Shown here: in pieces, positions 10,392 through 20,772 of the stretch
Layout: the number at the start of each line of letters is the position of its first letter
Position numbering within the stretch: position 1 is the stretch's first letter
From: an uncultured Erysipelotrichaceae bacterium
GTDB lineage: Bacteria > Bacillota_I > Bacilli_A > RF39 > UBA660
Direction of reading: 5' to 3'
DNA: 60,550 nt
Assembly (NCBI GenBank): GCA_902773675.1
Contig: CACYFN010000006.1
Coordinates: 1-60,550, forward strand
Notes under the pieces: model-generated
Seen by the model: only the letters and a program-made list of their open reading frames with translations
The model's database searches: none
Told to the model about the DNA's origin: nothing
Position numbers and translations under genes: made by a program

Positions 10392-11047
10392 TATTTAATT
10401 ATTTCTCCATCTATAACTTTTTTATTAGAACCATTTTCAAATTCATCTATTTGTTTTAAATCAATTACTTGTGTACCAGCAATTATATCATGAATACCTC
10501 TTCCTTCTCTAGACATAAACATTGATACAATTATTAATAATTGAAATATTAACTGTATATTAGATACATAATCATAAGTTTTCATATATGTATTTTTACT
10601 TAAAGTATAAATTAAAACTAATCTAGCAATATTAAATAAAACATTATTTAATATTAAGACTCTAAGTAAATAATTACCTATATTTAAATTACCATCTTTA
10701 TATTTCTTAACTTGTAATTTAAAAATACGTTTACCAAGTGTTCTACCATTTTGAGAAAATTGAAATATTCCAAAATATCCAATCAAACAAGCAATAGATA
10801 TAATAGTAGTAATAGTAGAATTCTTATCTAAAGTATAAGTTAAATTCTTAATCTCTTTATTATATTCCTTTTCTGTAATTTCCTTATCACCAAATTTCTC
10901 AGTAACATCCATAACCTCTTCATAAATTTTTGCATATTTATCTAATTGATAATTAATAGATCCTATATTAGATAAAAGAGCTGAAATAATAGAAACAATT
11001 AAAATATCAATAATATAAGCTCCAAATCTTTTAAATATTAATTTCAT
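10391..11047 (-). CDS. RDD family membrane protein
   Basis: GRTLGKRIFKLQV and RGIHDIIAGTQV flanking TM helices. The ATG at 11047 (MKLIFKRFG) has a GGAAGGGTGA SD; the track start is 11071. Confidence 0.65.
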   Translation of the reverse strand: MKLIFKRFGAYIIDILIVSIISALLSNIGSINYQLDKYAKIYEEVMDVTEKFGDKEITEKEYNKEIKNLTYTLDKNSTITTIISIACLIGYFGIFQFSQNGRTLGKRIFKLQVKKYKDGNLNIGNYLLRVLILNNVLFNIARLVLIYTLSKNTYMKTYDYVSNIQLIFQLLIIVSMFMSREGRGIHDIIAGTQVIDLKQIDEFENGSNKKVIDGEIIK

Positions 11048-11102
11048 AAATTCACCCTTCCGTTTATACAATTATAACATGTATATATAAAAAAAGATAT
11101 AA

Positions 11103-12068
11103 CTATTTAGTTATACCATTAGATTTTTCTTGGAAAATACGATTTTCATACTTATCAATAATATTTTGTAAGTCATTATTATTAATACCATTTGGATACA
11201 TTATTTTTTTTATAAAATTATAAATATCAACTCTACTATTTAATAACTTTCTATTATTTTCACCTGTAAAATAACTTGTATCATTCCTAATTATAAAATT
11301 TATAAGAGCAGTATCAGCTTGCTTCTTATCATATTTATTATAAGTTAACTCATAATTTCTAAATAGTATTTCTTTAGCATTTTCAATAACTGAACAATCA
11401 TATGCAGGATAATCATATTCATGTTGTTTATTAAAATTAGGATTATTTACTATATCACCAACATTTCCTTTAAAATCAACGGGAACATAACCATATATAT
11501 ATTCTGGATTAATATAATTCTTACCATTTTGAATATGATAAAGTGGTATAGGATTTTTGCTATCTAATCCAATAGAGTTTTTAGGAATTTTTATTATTAT
11601 GCATCCATCGGATGCTTTATATTGATGACTTGCTTTTATTTGAGCTATAATGTGCTGAAATTTATTAAATATTGAAACTGTATTATTAATATCAAAACTA
11701 GAATTATCAAAACTACCTGTTTGTAATGTTTTACCAGCATTTATAAGGCCATTAGAAAATATATCATCTAATAATTCATCAGTAACACTAGTTTCCCCAG
11801 TTCTATGAATACCCATTACATAATCATCATCCATAAATAATTTTTCTAAATCATAACCTAATTCTTTTGACAAATAGCCATAACTATCATAACCTGCAGC
11901 TTGCTTAATAAAATAACTTCCACTTTTTAGTTTTTCGAAAAAACTAAGTGTTATACTATCTCTAATTAAACTATATCCATGAGTACTATCATATCCCTGT
12001 TTTTTCATTAATTTCAATCTTAATAAATGATTTTTTAAATAATTAAAATTATTAAAAAGTTTTATCAT
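11103..12068 (-). CDS. hypothetical protein
   Basis: 321-aa ORF, no motif recognised. Confidence 0.5.
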   Translation of the reverse strand: MIKLFNNFNYLKNHLLRLKLMKKQGYDSTHGYSLIRDSITLSFFEKLKSGSYFIKQAAGYDSYGYLSKELGYDLEKLFMDDDYVMGIHRTGETSVTDELLDDIFSNGLINAGKTLQTGSFDNSSFDINNTVSIFNKFQHIIAQIKASHQYKASDGCIIIKIPKNSIGLDSKNPIPLYHIQNGKNYINPEYIYGYVPVDFKGNVGDIVNNPNFNKQHEYDYPAYDCSVIENAKEILFRNYELTYNKYDKKQADTALINFIIRNDTSYFTGENNRKLLNSRVDIYNFIKKIMYPNGINNNDLQNIIDKYENRIFQEKSNGITK

Positions 12069-12127
12069 TATATCTTACTCCAATCTATTATAAGATTAAC
12101 ATAAATATCTTTAAAAGTAAATAATAT

Positions 12128-13420
12128 CTAGTTTAAAGAATCTAAGTAATCTTTAATTTCTTCTAAATGCATACCATGAGAACCTTTTAAATAAATATAT
12201 TTATTATTTAAATCCATATTCTTTAAATAATTAATTAATTCTTTGTTATTATTAAAATGAATGCCCTTTATATATTTAGTATACTTACCAACAGTTAATA
12301 CTTTTTTATTATCTATTTTATTTAATATTAAATTTAGTTTAAAGTGATATCTAAATGAATACTTACCTAATTCTAACATATCACCAAGTATAATAATTTT
12401 ATCATCTTTAATATTTTTAAGTACATTTAATCCACCTACCATAGATTCATAATTAGCATTATAACAATCATCTATAATAGTAAAATTCTTAAAATGTTTA
12501 ATATTCATCCTATTATCAACCATCTTAAAACTATTAATTCTATTAATAATAGTATCCATATCAATATCGTACATTAATGATACTTTAATAGCAAGTAAAA
12601 TATCATTAACAAAATGAATGCCAGGATTATTAAATATAACTCGATATTCTTTATCTAAATAGATACTAAACTCTAATAATTCATTATTTGAATATATATT
12701 ATAAGCAATTAAATCATTATAATAACATCTACCACATTTATAACTATTCTTTATTTTTTTTAAATATTTATCATCACCATTAACTATTATATTACCACTT
12801 AAACCATCTTTAATTTCTAATTTAGCTTTATATATATTTTTTTTAGATTTTAATAACCCTATATGAGAAGAACCAATATTAGTAATAATACCAGTATTAG
12901 GTTTACACATACAAGATAATTTGCTAATTTCTCCACTATGATTCATACCCATTTCTATAACTGCAATATCAATCTTTTTATTAAGTTTAAATAAAGTTTC
13001 ACTAACACCTATTAAATTATTATGATTATCTATATTTTTAAGAACATTATACTTAGATTCTAAAATATAACTTAGTAATTCCTTAGTAGTAGTTTTTCCA
13101 TTAGATCCCGTTATACCTATTAAAGGAATATTATATGTATTACGAAAAAAACTACCCAGTTTATATAAAACATCATAAGTAGACTCAACTTTAATAACAG
13201 GTACATTTGTAGTAATATTAATATCTTCATCAATAATTATTCCACTACATTTAATGTTATTTATATAATCATGTCCATTATACTTATTACCTTTTAAAGC
13301 AATAAATAAATCACGTTTTTTAACCTTTCTACTATCAGTAACAATATTATTTATTTTATAATTTTTAAAATTATTTAATACTATACCATTAGTAATAGAA
13401 AGTATCTTATTTAAATCCAT
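12128..13420 (-). CDS. murF: UDP-N-acetylmuramoyl-tripeptide--D-alanyl-D-alanine ligase
   Basis: GITGSNGKTTTKE P-loop, Mur ligase middle and C-terminal domains, C-terminal LKGSHGMHLEE. Probable start MDLNK at 13420; the track start is 13447. Confidence 0.85.
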   Translation of the reverse strand: MDLNKILSITNGIVLNNFKNYKINNIVTDSRKVKKRDLFIALKGNKYNGHDYINNIKCSGIIIDEDINITTNVPVIKVESTYDVLYKLGSFFRNTYNIPLIGITGSNGKTTTKELLSYILESKYNVLKNIDNHNNLIGVSETLFKLNKKIDIAVIEMGMNHSGEISKLSCMCKPNTGIITNIGSSHIGLLKSKKNIYKAKLEIKDGLSGNIIVNGDDKYLKKIKNSYKCGRCYYNDLIAYNIYSNNELLEFSIYLDKEYRVIFNNPGIHFVNDILLAIKVSLMYDIDMDTIINRINSFKMVDNRMNIKHFKNFTIIDDCYNANYESMVGGLNVLKNIKDDKIIILGDMLELGKYSFRYHFKLNLILNKIDNKKVLTVGKYTKYIKGIHFNNNKELINYLKNMDLNNKYIYLKGSHGMHLEEIKDYLDSLN

Positions 13421-14024
13421 ATATGCACCCCTCAATAAAGTATTCAAATATAATATTTGCTACTCTATCATATGCAATCATCGATTCTGGATGCCATTCA
13501 AGTCCTAAAAAGAAGACCCTTTTTTTCGACTCAATAGCCTCGCAAACATCACTAAAAGCTACCATATCTAAATCAGTACTAATTAAATAATTTTTATGTC
13601 TACTGTTAACCATTATTTTATCTTCTTTAATTATCTTATAAAGTAGTGATTTCTTATCGATATTTACTTCATGAACATAATTTAAATTACTTTTATGATT
13701 ATCAATATTACCTAATTTACCATTAAATAATACTCCCATCATCTGCATACCTAAACATATACCGAGTGTAGGAATATTTTCATCATATAAATAATTAACA
13801 ATCCTTAAGTGTTTATCATTAAATGTATCTCCCCCCTGAATAATTACACCATCACATTTATCAATTAAATTTAAAGCAGAATCATAATCATTTATATATA
13901 TTGGCACAATAGTACCACCATACTTAATAATACTAGAAGCTATATCATTATAAATATAACTTATCTTATGACCTTCAGTACTAACTGAATCATACATTAA
14001 AACACCTATCATACAAACCCCCAA
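13407..14024 (-). CDS. class I glutamine amidotransferase / gamma-glutamyl hydrolase (peptidase C26-like)
   Basis: GICLGMQ nucleophile elbow and LGLEWHPE His-Glu motif. Confidence 0.7.
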   Translation of the reverse strand: MGVCMIGVLMYDSVSTEGHKISYIYNDIASSIIKYGGTIVPIYINDYDSALNLIDKCDGVIIQGGDTFNDKHLRIVNYLYDENIPTLGICLGMQMMGVLFNGKLGNIDNHKSNLNYVHEVNIDKKSLLYKIIKEDKIMVNSRHKNYLISTDLDMVAFSDVCEAIESKKRVFFLGLEWHPESMIAYDRVANIIFEYFIEGCIYGFK

Positions 14025-14035
14025 TAAAAAAATGG

Positions 14036-14254
14036 CTAGTCCATATACTTAGCCATTGATTTCATCATTTGATTAACTTGTTTTTGACTAGGAGTACGTC
14101 CCATTTGTGTCATCATTGCTTTAATCATTTGTTCATTAATTGGTGGATTTTGTTTTAAATATTTTTTCATAAACTTACGAGCTAAGAAAAATCCAATAAT
14201 ACCTCCTGCAATTAATCCAACCAATACTTTAACTATATCTAAAAATAAAGCCAT
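14036..14254 (-). CDS. yneF: UPF0154 membrane protein YneF
   Basis: 72 aa with one N-terminal TM helix, then ARKFMKKYLKQNPPINEQMIKAMMTQMGRTPSQKQVNQMM, the YneF signature. Confidence 0.7.
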   Translation of the reverse strand: MALFLDIVKVLVGLIAGGIIGFFLARKFMKKYLKQNPPINEQMIKAMMTQMGRTPSQKQVNQMMKSMAKYMD

Positions 14255-14306
14255 GTTATCATTCCCTTCATAAATATTTTACTATAATAAATGACAAATT
14301 ACAATA

Positions 14307-14702
14307 TTATTGTATGCAATTATACTGAAATTTGTCCCTCAAATAAAAATATTCGCAAGTATCAAAATTACAAATAAATATATTTTTATGATATAAATAA
14401 AAAATACATAAAACTTCTTTTAAATGCTTATTAGTCTTAATCCAACAACAACTTTTATTAATACAAAAACTTGTATCGTCTTTTAAATAATATATATTAT
14501 TCTTACTCTTTAAATTATATTTTTTTTCAACATAGTTTTTAATAATAGAATCATTAAAAAAATAACATAAAGAATGATATAAAGAAAAACCATAATTATA
14601 ATTTTCACTATTTAATAATTTTAAACTCTCTAACATTGAATAAAGGTAAGCATCATTCTCAAACTTATGATCATCTCTAATAACAAATAAATAATATTTC
14701 AT
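14307..14702 (-). CDS. hypothetical protein; possibly SirA/YneE-like, by position only
   Basis: 131-aa ORF directly upstream of yneF, where sirA (yneE) sits in B. subtilis. Sequence resemblance is weak (YYLFVIRDD.., ..LKEVLCIFYLY..). Confidence 0.35.
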   Translation of the reverse strand: MKYYLFVIRDDHKFENDAYLYSMLESLKLLNSENYNYGFSLYHSLCYFFNDSIIKNYVEKKYNLKSKNNIYYLKDDTSFCINKSCCWIKTNKHLKEVLCIFYLYHKNIFICNFDTCEYFYLRDKFQYNCIQ

Positions 14703-14753
14703 AACATCACCAAATATATTATAATAAATTACTTTGTCGAATATTATCGATAA

Positions 14754-15650
14754 TTATACTAATTCATATTCTCTTGATATTATTCTTTTATCACTAGAAT
14801 ATTCTATAATAAATTTGTTATCTTTTCTTACAATTATCATTCCAATAGTTTTATCTTGATTAATATTTTTTATATTTTTATCTATATAATTCATATATAT
14901 TTGAATTTGTCCTACATGTTCTTTTTTTAGTTCTGTCACTTTTAACTCAACTACAGTAAAACAATTATAAATATAATTAAAAAGTAGTAAGTCAATATAA
15001 TTATAACTATTACCTATCTTTATTTTATATTCACTTCCAATATAGCAAAAGCCTTCTCCTAATTCTTTTAAAAAATTATCCATATCTTCTATAATTAGTT
15101 TTTTTAATATCTTTTCTTTAATATTTGTAATATTATATTTATTATTAATAATTATTGGATTCTTTATAAAATCAGATACATTAGTTTCCTCTTTATTAAT
15201 CAGTTTACTCTTAGTATCAATTTCTAATCTTTCATATTCCTTAGATTTAATCTTATCTCTTAATTGTCTAACACCTAAATGTTGGCTCTCAGAAATTCTT
15301 ACATAATAATTAAATTCATTTATATCATTAAATTTGAATAATTCTACATAATGACTCCAAGACAATTGGGCAGACATTGTCTGCCCTTTTTGAAGAAGAT
15401 AAAACTTTCTCATATTTTTTAAGTTTCTCTCTGAATATCCTTTACCTAATTCATTTGTTAATTTTTTAGAATACTCCTTAATTAGATTATCTCCATATTT
15501 AGCTCTAGCTTCTCCTCCTTGTGCATCTATTAATAATTTACCTACCATATAATAACTATCCAAATCACTCTTATTCTTACTATAATCCTTTACTCTTTTA
15601 GTTACTTCATTATCTATTAATATATTTTTAATTTCATTATAATAATTCAT
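14754..15650 (-). CDS. PDDEXK nuclease, DUF1016 / YhcG family
   Basis: N-terminal YYMVGKLLIDAQ..YGDNLIKEYSKKLTNELGKGYSERNLKNMRKFY and C-terminal IDLLLFNYIYNCFTVVELKV (D..E-x-K core), typical of YhcG-like proteins. Confidence 0.7.
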   Translation of the reverse strand: MNYYNEIKNILIDNEVTKRVKDYSKNKSDLDSYYMVGKLLIDAQGGEARAKYGDNLIKEYSKKLTNELGKGYSERNLKNMRKFYLLQKGQTMSAQLSWSHYVELFKFNDINEFNYYVRISESQHLGVRQLRDKIKSKEYERLEIDTKSKLINKEETNVSDFIKNPIIINNKYNITNIKEKILKKLIIEDMDNFLKELGEGFCYIGSEYKIKIGNSYNYIDLLLFNYIYNCFTVVELKVTELKKEHVGQIQIYMNYIDKNIKNINQDKTIGMIIVRKDNKFIIEYSSDKRIISREYELV

Positions 15651-15748
15651 AAATTACCTCCCTATATTATATATACGACAAAAGTAATCTGAAATCCTGC
15701 AAGAAAACAAAAAAAATTAACATTTCTGTTAATTTTTAATAAAATTTC

Positions 15749-16543
15749 TTATTTTTTAATCATTACCTTACCCTTAGGAGTAATACTATCAGCAAGTGCT
15801 TTAAAGCCTTCTGAATTTAAGATATCCGTATTTCTACGTGCAAAATCTAAAACTAATTGTTTATTTTCTTTATAATCATAATTATCTAATTTATAAATAT
15901 TAAAACAATTATATAACTTATTTAACATTTCTACTCTTTCATCTTTATTTAATTCTTCTTCTTTAGAAGTTTCCCAATCACTTACTATATAATTTTTAGA
16001 TAAAATCTCAACTTTAATTACATCGTCATAATTATAATCAGTATTTATATATTTACATAAATTTTTAGCCATAAAATCTAAATCAATTTTTTCTTCTATC
16101 GCATTCATTATCTGATATAATCTTGGATAATTCTGTATTGTACATGCTTTAAATCCATTTTTCATTAAGTAATTATACACTGATTCTAATTTATCATTGC
16201 CTTTATCTTCACTTAATTTATTAAAGCCTTGATATTTTTTAGCATCATCTAAAGTAATTGATCTAAGAGAAACAAAATGACTAGAAGGAGTATTAAAAGA
16301 ATGTACATTATAAACATCATATACTCCATATATAGTATAAAACTCAGATAAATTAGTTTTTAGTTCATTTTTTAAATCATTAAAAATACTATTAGGTTTA
16401 ATCTGATAAAAAACTAATCTACCATTATTAATAATTGGAACTATACCTTGTTCCATAATTTTATTTATAATAGATGATTTATCAAATTCATCTGACATTT
16501 TTTTAAAAAAATTTAAATCATTTTCAAAAGCATTCATATTCAT
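15749..16543 (-). CDS. hypothetical protein
   Basis: 264-aa ORF, no motif recognised. Confidence 0.5.
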   Translation of the reverse strand: MNMNAFENDLNFFKKMSDEFDKSSIINKIMEQGIVPIINNGRLVFYQIKPNSIFNDLKNELKTNLSEFYTIYGVYDVYNVHSFNTPSSHFVSLRSITLDDAKKYQGFNKLSEDKGNDKLESVYNYLMKNGFKACTIQNYPRLYQIMNAIEEKIDLDFMAKNLCKYINTDYNYDDVIKVEILSKNYIVSDWETSKEEELNKDERVEMLNKLYNCFNIYKLDNYDYKENKQLVLDFARRNTDILNSEGFKALADSITPKGKVMIKK

Positions 16544-16597
16544 ATTCTTTCACCCAAACAAAGTATACAAAATTAATAATATAAAGTCAAGAAAAAA

Positions 16598-17233
16598 TTA
16601 TATAGATTCAGTTTCTATATAATTTATTATTTTATTATAATAATTTAATAATCCGTCATTTTTACTAGGAATTTTATTTAAGATATCTTTATAATGACTT
16701 AATATATATTTTTTATAATTATTATCTTTAATAACAATAGGGCCTAATATATAGTCATAATCATTATATAATTTATTACCTTTAATAAATTTAATAATAA
16801 CATAATGTATACCATGTTCTAAAATATATACTTCATTATTAATATAATAACCAATACTTACCATAAATCTTCTTAATTCCTCTAAATGATTATTAGAAGA
16901 AATAATAATAGTATCAGATAACTCTTTATTATTTAAAATATCAATAATAGTATTTGTACCCATACCAGATATAACAATAGTATCTTCTTTCTTTATTTTA
17001 ATATTATTAATACCATCAGTAATAATAGTTTGAATTTTATCATTTAAGTTATATTTAGAAATATTTTCTATACAACTTTTCATAGCGTTACTACTTATAT
17101 CACTAGCAATACAACTACAGTTTTTATAAAGTGTTAAATATATATCCAAATAACCATGATCACACCCAACATCAATTACTCTTTTAGTATCAACTAAATC
17201 AGCAATAGTTTTTAATCTCTTAGATATATTCAC
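16598..17233 (-). CDS. trmK: tRNA (adenine22-N1)-methyltransferase TrmK
   Basis: RLKTIADLV..VIDVGCDHGYL SAM-binding start. Lies directly downstream of sigA, as in Bacillus. Confidence 0.75.
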   Translation of the reverse strand: MNISKRLKTIADLVDTKRVIDVGCDHGYLDIYLTLYKNCSCIASDISSNAMKSCIENISKYNLNDKIQTIITDGINNIKIKKEDTIVISGMGTNTIIDILNNKELSDTIIISSNNHLEELRRFMVSIGYYINNEVYILEHGIHYVIIKFIKGNKLYNDYDYILGPIVIKDNNYKKYILSHYKDILNKIPSKNDGLLNYYNKIINYIETESI

Positions 17234-18309
17234 TATTCCTCCATATAATCACGTAATTTACGACTACGAGATGGATGTCTTAGTTTTCTTAAGGCTTTAG
17301 CTTCTATTTGTCTAATTCTTTCACGAGTTACTCCAAACATTTGACCTACTTCTTCTAATGTTCTAGGCTTACCATCTTCAAGACCAAATCTAAGTCTTAT
17401 TACTTTTTCTTCTCTTTCAGTTAATGTAAGTAATACTTCACTTATTTCATCTTTAAGCATCTCATTAGTAGCAAACTCTTCAGGACTTAAATTACGTTCA
17501 TCTTTTATAAAATCGCCTAAATGAGAATCATCTTCTTCTCCAATAGGAGTTTCTAAACTAACTGGGTCTTGACTAATTTTATATATTTCACGTACCTTTT
17601 CGATACTCATATTCATCTTTTTAGCAAGTTCTTCTTCACTAGGCTCACGATTTAGTTCAAGAGTTAATTGTCTTTGAATACGGGCAAGTTTATTAATTGT
17701 TTCAACCATGTGAACAGGTACACGAATAGTTCTAGCTTGATCAGCAATCGCACGAGTAATAGCTTGTCTAATCCACCAAGTCGCATAAGTTGAAAATTTA
17801 TATCCTTTAGAAACATCAAACTTTTCAACTGCCTTCATTAAACCAATATTTCCTTCTTGAATTAAATCAAGAAATAACATTCCACGTCCTACATATCTTT
17901 TAGCTATACTAACAACCAAACGAAGATTTGCTTCTGCAAGAATATTTTTAGCTTCTTGATCCCCTTCACCAATACGATCAGCAAGTTCTAACTCTTCTTC
18001 TAAATTTAACAATTTAATTTGACCAATTTCCTTTAAATACATTCTAACTGGATCATTAATATTTAAATCCTTAGTTAAAGCATTATCATCAAGTAAAATA
18101 GCATCAGAACCAGTAGTATCATTATCATCTTCAGATACAACAGCTATTCCATTTTCATTAAAGGCATTATATAAATCATCCAAACTATCTGCATCTAACT
18201 CTAGTCCTTTTAAAGCATTAGCTAACTCTTCATAAGTAACAAATCCTTTTTCCTTACCAGTTTTAACTAATTCATTCTTTCTTTCTTCAAAAGTTTTTAT
18301 TTCATTCAT
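17233..18309 (-). CDS. sigA: primary RNA polymerase sigma factor SigA/RpoD
   Basis: Regions 1.2-4.2 are all recognisable ([96 protein letters not shown]). Probable start MNEIK at 18309. Confidence 0.95.
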   Translation of the reverse strand: MNEIKTFEERKNELVKTGKEKGFVTYEELANALKGLELDADSLDDLYNAFNENGIAVVSEDDNDTTGSDAILLDDNALTKDLNINDPVRMYLKEIGQIKLLNLEEELELADRIGEGDQEAKNILAEANLRLVVSIAKRYVGRGMLFLDLIQEGNIGLMKAVEKFDVSKGYKFSTYATWWIRQAITRAIADQARTIRVPVHMVETINKLARIQRQLTLELNREPSEEELAKKMNMSIEKVREIYKISQDPVSLETPIGEEDDSHLGDFIKDERNLSPEEFATNEMLKDEISEVLLTLTEREEKVIRLRFGLEDGKPRTLEEVGQMFGVTRERIRQIEAKALRKLRHPSRSRKLRDYMEE

Positions 18310-20029
18310 TTTCTTCTTCTCTCCTCTTTTTAAAAGCAATAGCCTTCATAGCTAATTCTACTTTTTTCTTTAAATCTACTTCTTGTTTTAATTCATCTTT
18401 ATATTTATTAGCTTCATTTTTTTCATTATAAATTCTTATATTATTAATATAATCATTAATAGCTTCAACATCCACTTCTTCGTTAAGTTTAAGCATATTA
18501 ATTTCCCCTATAGTATTAAGTGATTCAGGATCATCATGAAGTTCAGTAATTAAATCAGAAATATTAATATTACCATGTTGCTTATAAAAATAACTTATTT
18601 GAAAAGCTAAATGTCGATACTTAGCAGTAGGCATATAAGTAATCTTTTTATCATATATCTTAATTACCATTTCACTTCTAAGCATATAATAAAGCAATGC
18701 TTGCTCAGATTTTTCATACTTAGATAATTTAACACTCTTAACCTCATTTTTAACTTCCTTAATAGGTTTTAAACTAGCTACTTTATCCTTAATAAAATTA
18801 ACATCCAACTTAGTCTCATCACTTAATTTATTAATACTAATTTCCTTTAAAACATCATCATCAATTTTACTAATCTCATTTATCATATTATTCGCATATT
18901 TAGCCAACTCTTCACTACTATTTAAATTAGTATTCATCTTTAATAATGATGATTTAAATTCCATAATATTCATTGGATTATTAATTTTATTTAAGAAAGT
19001 ATCTTTTCCCTTAGTAAGTATATATTCATCAGGATCCATATTATTTTCAAGTCTAACTATCTTCGGAGTAATACCAATCTTTTCCAATTCTACAAGAGCG
19101 GTTTTAGTACCCTTTAATCCTGCATCATCACCATCAAACATAAGAACTACTTCACTAGATAACTTTCTAATTAACATAGCTTGTTCATGACCAAATGCTG
19201 TACCTAAAGCAGCAACAACATTTTTAACTCCTACTGAATAACATCTAATAACATCCATTGGTCCTTCAACAATAAAAACACACTTCTTAACTCTACACTC
19301 ATCCTTAGCTCGATGATAATTATAAAGTAGTTCTCTTTTCTTAAATATAGGTGTTTCTTTAGAATTTACATACTTATTTTCTGTTTCTCCATTATAAACA
19401 CGTCCATTATATCCAATAACTTGTCCACTTAAGCTATATAAAGGAAACATAATACGATTATGATATACATCATATAAATCATATTCCCCTTCATTAATAA
19501 GTCCACTCTTAATTAAAGTAGTCTCATCATATTTATTCTTAAGCATATTAGTTAAAATATCTCTATCAGGCAAAGATAATCCTATACCAAATTCTTTAAT
19601 AATATCATCATTTAAATGTCTACTGTGTAAATAATCACGTGCTTTCTTACCCTTAGAACTATTAATATTATTTTGATAAAACTTTTGTGCAAGTTCATAT
19701 ATATCATATAAATCTTGATTCTTATTATAATCATTCTTACCCTTAATATTAACACTTATACCAGCAATATCCGCAATCTTCTTAACAGCTTCTAAAAAAC
19801 TAATATTTTCATAATCCTGTATAAATTTAATAACATTACCAGTAGCTCCACATGAAAAACAAGTATAAATTTGCTTTTCTTTAGATACACTCATACTAGG
19901 AGAATGATCATCATGAAAAGGACAAACCCCAAAATAATTTTTACCCTTAGCAGAAAGTGGTAAATATGAAGATATTACATCCACAATATCTACACTATTC
20001 TTAATTTCATTTATCAAATTATTATCCAA
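18302..20029 (-). CDS. dnaG: DNA primase
   Basis: Zinc ribbon [25 protein letters not shown] ([16 protein letters not shown]). TTG start at 20029 with an AGGAAG SD. Confidence 0.95.
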   Translation of the reverse strand: MDNNLINEIKNSVDIVDVISSYLPLSAKGKNYFGVCPFHDDHSPSMSVSKEKQIYTCFSCGATGNVIKFIQDYENISFLEAVKKIADIAGISVNIKGKNDYNKNQDLYDIYELAQKFYQNNINSSKGKKARDYLHSRHLNDDIIKEFGIGLSLPDRDILTNMLKNKYDETTLIKSGLINEGEYDLYDVYHNRIMFPLYSLSGQVIGYNGRVYNGETENKYVNSKETPIFKKRELLYNYHRAKDECRVKKCVFIVEGPMDVIRCYSVGVKNVVAALGTAFGHEQAMLIRKLSSEVVLMFDGDDAGLKGTKTALVELEKIGITPKIVRLENNMDPDEYILTKGKDTFLNKINNPMNIMEFKSSLLKMNTNLNSSEELAKYANNMINEISKIDDDVLKEISINKLSDETKLDVNFIKDKVASLKPIKEVKNEVKSVKLSKYEKSEQALLYYMLRSEMVIKIYDKKITYMPTAKYRHLAFQISYFYKQHGNINISDLITELHDDPESLNTIGEINMLKLNEEVDVEAINDYINNIRIYNEKNEANKYKDELKQEVDLKKKVELAMKAIAFKKRREEENE

Positions 20030-20056
20030 AGTATCACTTCCTAAAAAAGTACCCTC

Positions 20057-20085
20057 TATATATAATATACGACAAAACTTTTCAA
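20057..20085 (-). promoter_or_regulatory. candidate sigmaA promoter of dnaG-sigA (TTGAAA - 17 nt - TATATA)
   Basis: Minus strand reads TTGAAAagttttgtcgtatattaTATATA about 30 nt upstream of the dnaG start. It is part of a 49-nt module repeated at 47260-47308. Confidence 0.45.
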
Positions 20086-20223
20086 TTTCCTTTTTTTTTA
20101 TGCAATTTTTTAAAAAAAGTTACAAATAATTGTCAATTTTTAACAAATTTCCTCAAAAACATATCTATTTTATCATATTTTAACCATTTTGGGATACATT
20201 AATTAATAGGAGTTGATAATTTT

Positions 20224-20760
20224 ATGAATTTAAAAAAATCCCGTATTATAAGTATAATCGGAATATTTATATTATGCTTTATATCTCATTTTGTATATAA
20301 TTTATTACCATGTAGTTTAACAGCTATCTTTTTCCCGGTTAATGAATCTATTTGGGAACACATGAAAATGATATTTACTAGTATTATTTTATATGGAATA
20401 ATAGATTATATAATATTAAATAAATTTAATATAAAATATAATAATTTCTTCTTAAATTTATTTATAACAGCCATAATTAGTATTCCCATTTATTTAGTTA
20501 TTTATCTACCAATATATTATAAAATAGGAGAAAACATGTTTATTAATATTGGACTTATGCTACTAGTAATTATTATTACCCAAATAATATCATATTACAT
20601 ATTAAAATCTAAATCATGCAAATTACTAAATTATATATCAATAATATTAATAATTATATCTTATATTATATTTGGATATTTAACTTATAATCCTATAAAA
20701 TCAGAATTATTTTTTGATACCCAAGATGAGAAATATGGTATTAATAATTACAATGTATAA
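20224..20760 (+). CDS. multi-pass membrane protein (DUF6512-like)
   Basis: Five to six TM helices. FFPVNESIWEHMKM matches my memory of DUF6512. AGGAG SD upstream. Confidence 0.5.
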   Translation: MNLKKSRIISIIGIFILCFISHFVYNLLPCSLTAIFFPVNESIWEHMKMIFTSIILYGIIDYIILNKFNIKYNNFFLNLFITAIISIPIYLVIYLPIYYKIGENMFINIGLMLLVIIITQIISYYILKSKSCKLLNYISIILIIISYIIFGYLTYNPIKSELFFDTQDEKYGINNYNV

Positions 20761-20772
20761 AAAACAAGGAAC

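Noticed and set aside
12128-14024. The overlapping Mur-ligase gene and glutamine amidotransferase gene might be a MurT/GatD lipid II amidation pair.
   Set aside because: The ligase has the MurF-type N-terminal domain and C-terminal LKGSHGM motif, and the length of MurF. The amidotransferase is peptidase C26/PuuD-like (GICLGMQ..EWHPE) rather than the CobQ-type GatD.
17233-20029. Locally higher G+C across sigA/dnaG considered as a sign of foreign origin.
   Set aside because: These are highly conserved core genes under strong amino-acid constraint. Synteny (dnaG-sigA-trmK) is the canonical Bacillota arrangement.
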